Source: Phoronis australis (Eukaryota > Animalia > Phoronida). Taken from it: DNA of 64,000 nucleotides. Of this stretch, positions 25,725 to 41,211 are shown piece by piece. The notes below the pieces were generated by a model. That model saw only the letters and a program-made list of their open reading frames with translations, was not told the DNA's origin and made no database searches. Both the position numbers and the translations under genes were made by a program. How positions within the stretch are numbered: position 1 is the stretch's first letter; every line of letters starts with the position of its first letter. Location: positions 339,873 to 403,872 of the forward strand of contig NMRA01000278.1 in the NCBI GenBank assembly GCA_002633005.1, given 5' to 3'.

Positions 25725-27472
25725 CTGAAATGCAATGGACAACCTTGTATAAAACTAAGTATTCTGAACAGCAGAATATTGTCTCAGTGGGCTAATCACA
25801 TCAGCATTGCCAGGACAACAAAGACAATGATATCAGTTCCATATGTTTGATTTGGGTGTTGTACTTGTTCACTCAGATGGCACTGGATTTACAAGACATA
25901 CAAGGTCAGGTCATTTACATTGTCGTTTTTTATAATAGAATACTAAAGAACATTCTAGTAGGTCTCAGTATATTAACGATATTAGCGACTAATATAGAGC
26001 CTGGGTCCTACGTTATGTTTAAAGAATGATTGGGTAAATTCCGGAAATTTTTAGAATGTGCTTGAATTGGTGAAAAGTTTCAGAACATTGTAAAAGACTA
26101 AGAATACCCAGGCAAGAGTTAGTAGGTGTCATTTAAAGATAGTCATTGTGAATGTAGATATACAGATATAGTTGAAATTAAAGTTGAGTTGCAGTTACAG
26201 ATTAAGCAGTCAACAGAGAGCCATAGATACAGTCTGTTTAGTAATCCACTAGTGTAACAGTTGTTGGAAGTAACGCAAGTCAAGGCTTTGTAGCACTGGT
26301 TGGAGCATAGAACACACATTACATTGGACGCTTTGTTTGAGTAGACTTATGCACCTACGTTAATGATTAATGGAGTGATTAACTTGAGTTTACTTGCAGC
26401 AGTGAGAGAATGCCTGCAACCACCCATCACGTTAACAGTCAAAATTTTATTATGTCAATGTCGTTGGCAAAGAGATTTAAATCGCTCGTTTAAAATATTC
26501 TGGGTGCAGTAATGGAGCTAAACAGTGTTATAACAAATGCAGATTTTGTGGAGCACGAGGTTCATTGGCCCCTGAAGCAATGGGCCGACAAATATCGTTG
26601 GCGGCTTACTATTTTACCCTTATCACGAAATCCGTCTATCATTCCGCCCTCCCTCCGTCTCCCCTTCTTCATAACCTTACTCCAACACCTTAAACAGTTC
26701 GTGTCATTAAGCTACTTGTAATCAGTAATAGAGTATCTAAGTGCAGAAGCTAGGTGAAATCAAAATTAGTTTCTCATTTGGTAGACGAATCCCGTGTTTG
26801 GCTCTTCAAAATATTTTCACTTATGTCACAATGTCGAAAGCCTCCCATCTGTTTTGAAACCCCTACTTTTCTTTTTTTCTCGGAATCCCACCTAGTGTCC
26901 TAACTGCAAATGTGGAGTATAAATTCTAAAATACAGATCGTGAATTCGAGAGTACTTTTTAAAACTTAGTTCAGTTTTTGAAATTTTGGCGAAAAAATAG
27001 AAATTGAAGGGGGATGGGCAACAGGTAATCGGTAGTTGCGACCAGGGGAGTAATTTTAGTCCTTTTCTCTACTCTACACACACTAATTTTAGGCACAAAT
27101 ATCACCAAACCAAATGTAAATGCAGGCAGTGCATATAGTGTTTTGTGTTTTTCCGAATATCCTAGAGGTGGCACTTTGGATCTCGTGTTGCTTCAGTTAT
27201 ATAGTTTAGGGCATTGTCTCGGGATAAGTCATGATTTTATCACCCCCCCTTTCGGTGATATTGTTTTTATTGATTCTGTAATGTTGAGATATTGTCTGGA
27301 CCAAAAAGCTTTCTAGGTTTTTCGCAGTGTACTAACGTCCGTAGAAGCGTCAAATACCATCTAGAATTTTGATTTAACAAACTTGAAAATTCAGGTGAAA
27401 ATATGCAGATTATATAACACCTATTTAAACCAGTCTTTAGTTCTTTAATCTTGTAAAGGTTTGACAGTATCT

Positions 27473-28555
27473 GACACTGCATACACATCTCAGTGTGGTG
27501 CCTTAAAAGGAATGTACTGAGCCAAATATTTAAAGATGTGAACATCAGAAAAACAGGTTCGTTATTCGTCTTTGCTAAACTTGCCATTACAGTAACCACT
27601 GCCATTTTCCTTGTAACCCGAACAACAGTTTTCCTTCGTCGATGTCCTGTAGGCAGTGTGATACACCGTTCTGAAAAGAGTGAGTGACCAGCTTCAGTTT
27701 GAGTAACTCAAAGAGCAATTTAAGGTTATGTAGGACCTTAACACAGGTCAGTGGCACCTACTGTTTTGACAACGAACTGACAATCTAGTCACATGGGCAG
27801 TGCAGAACTGAAAAAGTGGGGGCTATAGCCCCCCAGCCCCCCTCCTAACAACGATAACAAGCAATAGGTTTTTAACACCAGTCGTAACCCAGGTGGACAG
27901 TCGGCCCATGAACAGCATACCAGAAATCCTTTTGAATACCCTGAGATCGACGCTTAATGGTTCACCCCAAGGACAAGTTTGATGTTTGCCGTAAATACGG
28001 CGTTGTGTACAAGATNGACACTGCATACACATCTCAGTGTGGTGCTTTAAAAGGAATGTACTGAGCCAAATATTTAAAGATGTGAACATCAGAAAAACAG
28101 GTTCGTTATTCGTCTTTGCTAAACTTGCCATTACAGTAACCACTGCCATTTTCCTTGTAACCCGAACAACAATTTTCCTTCGTCGATGTCCTGTAGGCAG
28201 TGTGATACACCGTTCTGAAAAGAGTGACCAGCTTCAGTTTGAGTAACTCAAAGCGCAATTTAAGGTTATGTAGGACCTTAACACAGGTCAGTGGCACCTA
28301 CTGTTTTGACAACGAACTGACAATCTAGTCACATGAGCAGTGCAGAACTGAAAAAGTGGGGGCTATAGCCCCCCAGCCCCCCTCCTAACAACGATAACAA
28401 GCAATAGGTTTTTAACACCAGTCGTAACCCAGGTGGACAGTCGGCCCATGAACAGCATACCAGAAATCCTTTTGAATACCCTGAGATCGACGCTTAATGG
28501 TTCACCCCAAGGACAAGTTTGATGTTTGCCGTAAATACGGCGTTGTGTACAAGAT
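27473..28555. repeat. ~540-bp direct duplication separated by a single N (probably unmerged haplotype overlap)
   Basis: 27473-28015 versus 28017-28555 differ by about 4 substitutions and one 4-bp indel; N at 28016. Confidence 0.9.
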
Positions 28556-28930
28556 GGACTGCCCTGACTGTAACCCAAGCTATGTGGGTAGACTGCTCGA
28601 AACCTCAGCACTAGGATCAAGAAACATTTGAGATTAACAACCGGCTTTGGGTCAGCGATTAGTGAACACTGTTGTCAGACATCAAACAGCATCTCGCCCG
28701 ACAATGCTACCGTCTTTAGTGAGAGAGAGTAAGTACTGATGCAGAAAGATTTTGAAGCGGTGGAAACCTGCTGGCACGCTCCATAACTCATACGGACTTG
28801 GGCTATAATCTTCCCGCCATTTAGTCTCTTATGACAATGATGACGTAACAAACTCAGGTGGGGCTCCAGTTACCGCCATTCCATCTAACAAAGGTCTCAA
28901 AATGAGACCGAAAATTGTGGTCTCCATATA
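28470..28930 (+). mobile_element. Penelope-like element 3' remnant (GIY-YIG endonuclease plus degenerate hammerhead-like hairpin)
   Basis: LMVHPKDKFDVCRKYGVVYKMDCPDCNPSYVG / TARNLSTRIKKH...SAISEHC, then CTAACAAA-GGTCTCA-AAA-TGAGACC-GAAA at 28885-28913. Confidence 0.78.
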
Positions 28931-31053
28931 AACTTCATGACTCCGAAAGGTAATTTAACATAATTGATATTAAAAACATTTATTTCATAATTTATGAAGC
29001 AGAAAACAGCATAATATGATATTTTTCCTATTAACTGGGTCACATGATCAGGTATTCTTATTAAAATTTAGCAAAAAAGGAAAATAAATCGATTTTCAAA
29101 TATTAGACGATATTTATAAATGGCCGAAACGAAAATGCTACCCAAATTTGTACCATCGACAAGAACTGTTTTTAAAAAATTCATGGATAACTGCCCAAAC
29201 AGCACCCAATTATAAACAGCATGCACTTGTGTATTGATCCGCGTATGGGCCACATTACAACATATAAACAATTATGTGCACACATTTTCCATGTACTATA
29301 ATACTATCGAATGAGTACATTTCACTTGTGCCTGATTCACCTGGCGGCGATAAAACGAAGGTATGCCCTGGTATGAATGAATGTTGCCTAGAAGCCACGC
29401 CGATCTAAAACGCGTTGTACGCGAGTGGTTTACTCGTTAGCGCCACCGTCCACCTAGCGGTGAAAGAAAAAAGCTATGCACTCGTTGGCACCAGTGCATT
29501 TCACTCGCAGGAGTGATGCCTGTATCCACCTGGCGGCGAAAGAGCAAAGCATTCGAGTGTACTTTTACTCGTTCTCACCTAGCGGCGAATGAACGAAGCT
29601 TTGAACTCGTAAAAACGAGTGCAATCCACGTGCGAAATGCAATCGTATATGGAACACAAAAGGGTTTTGAAACGAGTACATTGAAATGTGCTTAACCTAC
29701 CCGTATTTTTGCTTTATTTAGGCGTACTTTTAATCAGTTCATATAGTCAAAGCATGCGGGTGCTTTCATATTAATTGATTAAGAGCAGAACGGTTTAAAA
29801 ACTAAAAGATTAAGTAAAACTACGCGTATATTAAAAGTAGGCTACGCGTCTATTAGGCAAAAGCACTAGTAGATTAAGCAAACAAACGCGTAGGTGAAGG
29901 AAAAGTACGGATAGATTAAGCGAATGTCAACGCGTGGAAATGTACTCGTTTAAGAACCCTTTGGCGTTTTGTAGTCTTGTGACGAGTGCATTACACACGT
30001 TCTTAAAAGGACACTTTCGCCTTCACTTGTATGCACAGAAGTGTGCATTTCACTCGTATAACGAGTGCATTACTCACGTACGTGTTCTATAGCTTCAAGG
30101 GATAACGAGTATCCTTTGCGAACATATTATTCACGTGAGGTTGAAAATATTGCTTCATAATTTTGTTTAGTTGATGAGTTTGAACACATTTTGTGGTAAA
30201 ATCATTAAAAAATTTTGGCTAAGCCGTATATTCCATGTAAACACCCTTTTCGCCGTTCGTTACGTACCTATACCTCGAACAGCGGCTTGTCCACAGAAGT
30301 CCGCAGCTGGTCGTATATTTTTCCTGGTGGCTTCCAACATACGATACTCTTACGTTGCTCTTACATACGCTGCCCGATGGCCTGACAACAACATGCAACA
30401 GGTGCTAATGGTTAACTGCATATAAATCATAACAAACTCTCATTGTAGGTTTCCTCCACAGTTCAATTCTTATTTTGCCATTATGCCCCACTAAATATTT
30501 TCTGGACATTCAAGCTCGAAAACAGACGGGGAATCAACGTTCGTGCTATAAAATGGACTTAGACACCAAGATTCTCAATGATTTTAAACATATTAATTTC
30601 AGTCAAGTACCGATTTAACAGGAAAACATGAAGTTTCTGCAATGTAAAATGATTTTCACAATTTGAAAGTTTGATGGAGCTGTAAGACTGATTTTTTTAG
30701 TTATCTGCTCAGAGAGCCACTTGATTTTAGAATAAAGTGGCGGTTCTTATAAGGGGGTTCGGGTTGTTTGGGGGAGTAAAATCACACAACGTACTGCTTT
30801 GAGTTCCATTATCGTTGTATTGTTACGGAGGCGGGTTTCACACAGTAAATGCGTCTCGCAAACGCTAATCCGTAGTAAGACAACTAAATCAACGTCCATC
30901 GGCTGCCACGAACGTGTATGTATGTCGTTCACGCTTTGTGCTTTGTTGATCTGACACTGCGCCTTGTATTGCCAGGTACGAGGTCGAAGATTGGAAGATG
31001 ACCAGAACATGAGCTACCCAGTTAGGATTTAGCTACATTGTGGAGTACAGGAT

Positions 31054-31193
31054 TGTCTGATGCAGTCGTCTGCGTCTGTCTGATGCAGTCGTCTGCGTCT
31101 GTCTGATGCAGTCGTCTGCGTCTGTCTGATGCAACCGTCTGCGTCTGTCTGATGCAGTCGTCTGCGTCTGTCTGATGCAGCCGTCTGCGTCTG
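31054..31193. repeat. 23-bp minisatellite, 6 copies
   Basis: Unit TGTCTGATGCAGTCGTCTGCGTC. Confidence 0.95.
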
Positions 31194-34100
31194 CCAAGGT
31201 GTGATCCATAGACAGCAATTTTACAAGTCTGTTTTGTTCCATATCAAGAGAATTCCTTAAACTTGAACTACAGAAAACACGTTGGGCAGAACACAAATCC
31301 TTTCAAAAATAATTATTCAATCAAGAACACAACAGAAAAGTAGGGGAAAACAATTTAAGTTCAGTATGCAACAGTTCAACAATTTTTGTCACCTAAGCTG
31401 GAAATACAAACTCAAATATTTGATCTGTTTCTTCATGCCTCATTTTAGTCTCAATGACCTGAAAACAACTAGGATATTTTATGAAAATTGTCCGTAAAGA
31501 GACTGAATAGCAATATTGAAAGTGGCTCTCTGCCACTGTAATGATTCAACTTGCTCACCAGGTATTTTTAAGTTTTGTTCGTAAAGACTTTTAATTTCTG
31601 TTCATATCAAAGTATTTTCTTTTAGATTCAAATTTCAAAATACCACCTGTCAACTGCTCGCCACTTCGTCGATTTTTCTCCTAAAAGTCAAAACACGCTC
31701 CTTATCAGGTACGACATACATGTAGACGTAGCACATTTCCCATATATGGAAAATGTGACCTTTGACTTCGACCGATTTCAAGCAAATGGCTGTGAGCGAA
31801 TGCTCCATTTATCATACATGTAAGTGGTAGGGAGACTATGAACTCAAATAACGTCTTAAGCGTCAGTGACGTACATACGACCAAGGATTGAAATCGAATC
31901 AGCATTCACAAGTGAAACTGATAATTGTATCCAAGACGTTGAAACATGTGAAACGGTAAATATGTGCGCACGTGTAGGTGCATTCGATAAGGCACAGGCA
32001 TCAGTTGCATCGGCCAGGATCCTGAGAAATCTCGTTTTACCTTTAAAGCGTTAGATCCAGTGAACCTCGTCGGCCAAGGCAACATCAATACATTTCTAGC
32101 GCCGATAAAAGTAAGATTTTCAAATCGAGCCGTGCCAGTTTAGGTGAAACATCCATGTGTTCCGAAAAAGACGATCGGACAAAAATACCGAAACTGCTTC
32201 CAAAAATTGTTTTTCTGCACGCCGTTTATGAGAACAAGGTGGTTATCGTCCTCCTTAACCACCGATTCCCTGTTCTGCATTCCGTGCCTGTTACGTTCTC
32301 CCGTACTGTAGAGTGAACCTCTAGCCGAAACTACGATGAAAAGGATTTTGAGAAGACTGAAATGTTGAGATTGAGTCTGAGTTCGGAGACTGGATCCAGC
32401 CAGGAGTCCCAGGTTATCCATGTGTACGCGCAGCACATACAATAGAGGTTCACGTTCGGGTACAAGTTGCTGTGGTAAAACCACTACGCTGAAGAACATG
32501 GAGAGCTCATTGCAGTTGTGTTAGACGGGCGCATTTGCACTGGATATGTGGTTTAACAAGTCCATGAATTGCGTTCAGTCAGAACTTTAATTAAAATGCC
32601 ATGTTAAATTGAATCAATGCCGATGCATCCTTTTCCTAGTTTCGTGGAAAATAAAAAAGTGTCGATCCCTTTCCTTGTACATGTGAGTAATTAGTCATCA
32701 AAGTACATGTTGGCCATACAAACTTAGATGACTACATTCAAAATATTCTACAAATAGTACTGTAGATGCATATTTTTATTAGGGCATTCGTGGTGACGAC
32801 AACTACACAGTTATATTTTATGTTTGCAAAGTTCGAGAAGCCAGTGTACAGTAAGAGTTTCTTATCACAGTTTTGGGCGACTAGTGGGTGAGGGGGCGCA
32901 TTTTCTCACCTGGCCCCCTCTACCAAGAAGTATCTACATCGTCACTGTTTATACCATACGTACAATACGTACATGTATCTAGAAAGTAGACAGTGTTTGT
33001 TGTGTGCTTTTTGTTTAATTCCAAGCAGTGATTTATAAGACCCAACTATTGTGTAAACAATTGAGCCTGTTTCACACGTTAAAGTAAAATTCATGCGAGG
33101 CGAAAGCTAATAAAATAAAGTAATTTGAGAACAGATCAATTAAAAAATTCGGAATGGTCATCTCTCACTGTTTCCTTCAAAATAGTCCCCATTGGCACGA
33201 ATACAATGATCCCAGCGTTTCATCCATGAGTCAATTTTTGAAATTCATCACACGTGACCTCTCTCACCATTACATCGAGTCCACGGTGTCGAATTGGGCA
33301 AGCGTAGTGTTCGCGCAAGTGACGACTAGATATGCAAGTCCCGACAATAAAATGCAGATTTCTCTTAAACAACAAGGGGAAAACAGCGTTTGGTGATACA
33401 TTCACATCAGTACGTGAATGCTACAAGTTATTTGGACACCGCAAGATTATTCAACGAATTATTTTTTTTCCTCAGTCATAAGTTTCCCTGGTCAACTGAT
33501 GGTGCGGCGATTGGTGATTGAAATAACTTGCTGTAGTTGGCATCATTATTGAATGAGGTAATTAACAGGCAGTATAAATATTGACCCTGGGTGGACTTCG
33601 TGGAAACGTGACCGACCTTGAGGATTTTTACCGACATTAGCATGCTACAATGTCCATTTATCAGTATTTAGTCTAAGCAATGCACTCCAAAATTGGTGGT
33701 TTAGGAAAATATGAGCTTGTGACGATCTTGAATACATTGGGAGAGGTATAACTCCTGACTTTTGACAATATAGTGCGCATTGGATTAACTAGCAGAAAAG
33801 TCGTAACCAAAGAAATATTCGCTATTGATAACATCCAATGCAGTAAATCTACATGTAGATGCATCACTTGGCAGCAGATTCTAAATGAAGGGAAAGTCAA
33901 CACAGGGGGCAAGATATTCAGTCTCGGTAAATTAACGTGTAGGTCATCTGGCACTATACACGTCATTTGTTGCAAACTCTGACCTCATGCCTGGTACATG
34001 TACATAGATGAGATCGGCTGCCCTCTCCACACGCGCCTCATTTTACACCGTAAAACTGTCTGCGAGGTTTCCTTGCTTCCGTTATTGGAACCTTTCACGT

Positions 34101-36054
34101 CACAGCATGCGTTAACTACATGGCTTGTGTGTTGATGGGGAATCTTGATAACAGCCACACCAGGATCGAGATCCAAAGAAATCTTAATGATTTTGTTTTT
34201 CAAAACCAATAAGAACATCAGTCTTAATAAAATCATGGGCCACTGCTAACTATTGTCAGTTCGTCTCCCTTTTTGCACTTTATATCATCTCTCCCCTTTA
34301 TAGTTCTGAAACATGTATAAGAATGTCTATAGCACCTCTTGTCTTCATACCTGATGAAAAGCCGCGCCCATTAAGCCACGGAAGTTGATGTTTTTTAATA
34401 AATATTTTACCGGATTTTAAAGTGTTTTACCAGTTTCCACATTGCACAATCTTACCCACTCAGACAAACCACACTCCCAGTAAACAATGCAGCGACCAAC
34501 ACCTTTAAAATGGCAGTCATCTTCGCACGATGGTTGTACGGATTGCAGTGCGTAGTCCTATAATGAATGTTTTAAGTCAGCAATACACATTTATTTTCAA
34601 TTTGCAAAGGTCTTGGGCACATGTGCTCATGAAATTCTCGTTCAACAAAACACGGATGATGACAATTAGATAAACAACGATAATGATAACAACGACAACA
34701 TTAATAATTGTAACGAAAATATGAATATTCACAATAACAATAACTACTATAATTATCATGTTTAATTTTATTGTTAATGTTGTTAATATTATAATGATAG
34801 CAAAAATAATGTAAAAGTGAACGATTGCACTCTATAATGTGCCCGAGTTGGCTCCGCCAATACTTCCCCGATGTCACTGTGGATTCAAGCGCACTGATGA
34901 ATTCGCAATGTGTTCTCTACGGTGTCCACATGGTGCGGTATCCTCGAATATCTTTTACGTAGACATGCAATGTTCTCCAGTGCTTTCTGGCCTTAACAGT
35001 TATTACTGTACATGGTATTTTCATAACAATAAATGGAAAGTTTCCTGGTGAGCCGTATCACATAGCGCTTTGCGAGCGCACCTTTCCAATTGTGAATTGT
35101 CCTCGCAGTGTACAGTGGTTTCAAATGTCAAGTAAAGTCAAGAAAGAGTTATAACTTCTCTGTATCATATCATTTACCAGTTTTGTCATTCCTGATATGT
35201 GTCTTTGACTTCTACATTGTGTAACAGAGCAAGTCTCCACTGAACCTCAAAATATGTATTTTCTCTCACCAGGCATTCGTTTCAGTTCAATTTGCACATG
35301 ATAACATCAACTTTCCATGAAAGCAAAAGAAGGAAACACCCTTCTCCTAAGCCTGTCGCTAGCGAAGTGCCCGACACATACAGTCGCGCCCACATGCCCC
35401 CGTAACAAAGGCGAACAGAGACGCAACAAAGACATTAGCATAAGAATAACTGAACATTTGCAACTAAATAAGAATAACAATAAGCGTAAAGTTACGAACG
35501 TCCCGTCACAATTGTTTTATCATTTTGCAAAGAGCAAACTACGGTGCAAAAATGACTATTAAGCACTTATGCAAATACTTGATTTCTTTTCTGCTTCTTG
35601 TCAGTCATTATACAATTATAAATTATGCTAATGACTATTAAGTCTTTGAAAAGTATAAGTACAAAGACCAACAAGTGGATGTCGAATTTGCATTTTTGTT
35701 TTGTTACAGATATCACTGTGTTACAATTCATAGTTTTCATGTGATTCTTAAACCAGGGTGAAAATCTATATGGCTAACATTTTATAAGTCTGGTCAGCAT
35801 GCTAGAATTTGTCGCTGTATTTATCCTGTTGCTATGGCCTTTCAATGTGGGACGCTTTAAAAATAATTAAACAATTCCCAACAGCGTTCTGATGTATAAA
35901 ACATAGTATCTGAAAGTTTCGTGTGAATCCGATCAGTTATTTCTTTGACACATTGTACGATGCTCCGAAGTTAGCCAAAATGAGACATTTTTCTATGGTC
36001 CTACATAAATGTCGCGAACGTTTACTTGCGGTCCCACTTCACAGTTATTGAATG

Positions 36055-36245
36055 AAGTTTAGCCACGTTAACGTAAATAAAGTTTAGCCATGTAAACGTG
36101 AATAAAATTTAGCCATGCAAAAGTATATAAAATTTAGTCATATAAATTTAATTTAAGTTTGGCCATGTAAGTGTAACTAAGTTTAGCCATGTAAATGTAA
36201 ACAAAGTTTAGCCATGTAAATGTAAATAAAACTTATCCATGTAAA
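36055..36245. repeat. Diverged ~25-bp minisatellite, about 8 copies
   Basis: Consensus AAGTTTAGCCATGTAAATGTAAATA. Confidence 0.85.
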
Positions 36246-37101
36246 GCTAAATAATCCTAGCAACCAACCCTGTACTTTTGCTGAAGTGAGATGATTCTAA
36301 AACCTTGTTTTGACGATTTCTGCGTATTTCGCTAACAGCGTAGGTCACTCTTGCCTGTTTAGCAGACTCCGAAAGGAGTTTCCAGATTTTCCTCCAAACT
36401 CTTGAGGTTTCTTGAGGGTTAAAGAGCATTATTTTGTTTCAGGTAATTGTATGGGAAAGGTCGTTTTTAATATCTATTAGAAGGCCAAAACCGGTTTGGT
36501 ATCCTTTTAAGGCCAATACCAATTTTCATGAAGCGGACCCTTGAATTTCTGGCTCGCGCCATATTCGTATTAAACGATAACTTGCGTGGACTCATTGTTT
36601 TAGATTCAGGTTTAGTGGAGGAAAAAATAGTACAAAAGCATCAAGATACAACAAAAACGTTATAAAGCAATATAATACAATACAAAACAATACGCCAAAA
36701 TGTGCACATTTTAGATTGATATTTTTTAAATATATTGCAAACAGGATACTTCTCGTTGATCAAACTAAAAATTAGAAGTTCAACAAAACTGTCGTTATCA
36801 AATGGGATAGAATTTTTCATGAACAAGTAAAGGTGACTGAAACATAAAATAAAATTTGAAAAGAAATGAAATTGCGCGATGCTATCAACATTTATCAGCG
36901 TCAACAGCAGGAAGCAACGTCGACAAAACTAGTGTTACACAAATCAGCATGACTTTTTTCTCTGTAGATTTTGCCCTGGACAGAGGAGTTGAGATAAAGC
37001 TGTATCCATATGGTCCCATTCTTGTTTCGTAATTTACTTAGAAAAGATTTTTTCCAGAGTAACTGTTACTATGGTTAATGCTTATACCCAGTGATATATA
37101 A

Positions 37102-40190
<3,089 letters not shown>

Positions 40191-40208
40191 GTATACATAT
40201 GTACCTTG

Positions 40209-41211
40209 CATAGGCGGATTTAGGGGGGCCCAGGGGGCACGCCCCCCCCCCCCTTGGCTGCCGCAAAAAAATAAAACAGTAAGAGCGTAGGGAAATGTTG
40301 AGTTTGTTAATTAACCCCCGTAATTAAGATCATACGGCTGAAAAAAGATTTAAATGTGTGCAGTTTTAGTGTTTGGGGGGGGGGCTCAAATCCAATTTCA
40401 AGTGTCAAATTCGGAACACGGCGCATTCGTAACGGAACTATGGCTAAGTATAGGCTCTCCCGCGATATCCCAGGCGACCGGCAATGGCGCTGCGCACTAC
40501 GACTCCGTTTCCGTCGTCTGCTCCACTGTGGGATGAAGAACATTTACTTCATTTTTTAAAGAAAATGGAACCTGAGTGACGATGAAAAAACAGAAGCTGC
40601 TGGTAAGATGTGAATTTTAATCGAAGCCTTAGTGAATCACTCAGAAAGTCGCAATACTCTCTTTGCCAAACCTTATTTTAAGACGATTTCCAAAGCAATC
40701 CCGTCATTATTGCCAACACGAAAAACGGATTTGGTCTTTTTGGCATTTGAAAACTATTTTAAATACGGCAAATTTGTTAAGAATCGATGGCACAAAATAT
40801 AAAACGTGTAATAAGCATTACAAAAAGAAGTAGGTTTTGCGCGCAAACGCTGTGGACCATAAACAAGTAGGTCTCTTAGTATGACATTAGTAGTTTTAAA
40901 AATCGTGGTGGTGTAGTGGTAACGCACGCGCGAACTATTCGCCAGGCCGTGAGTTCGAGTCTTTGATACTTGCAGTTTTTCCTGTTTGACACGTTCTCGT
41001 TTTTTGCCTTTTTTTCTTGGATAATACTTCAGGAATCAATGAAAATGCTTGATTTTTAGAGGTAAAAACAGAAAAATTTCCTGGGCAAACCCCCCTCCCG
41101 ACCTCCCCCCATTCGGTGCTATGCGCATCTACAATCGTGGTTCAGTTTGCGCAAATGCTTACAGCCGGACGAAATGTTGGGCACCCTTGTGATATCCTAG
41201 ATCCGCCACTG
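40209..41211. mobile_element. 1-kb non-autonomous hAT5-like DNA transposon with 5-bp TSD and an internal tRNA-like segment
   Basis: Termini CATAGGCGGATTTAGG / CCTAGATCCGCCACTG, with CCTTG on both sides (40204-40208, 41212-41216). A-box TGGTGTAGTGG and B-box GAGTTCGAGTC at ~40905-40962. Confidence 0.8.

Noticed and set aside
31906-34236. Minus-strand ORFs at 32140-32499, 33673-33975 and 33985-34236 as 5' exons of gene A
   Set aside because: No recognisable domains or consistent splice phases; could be decayed sequence.
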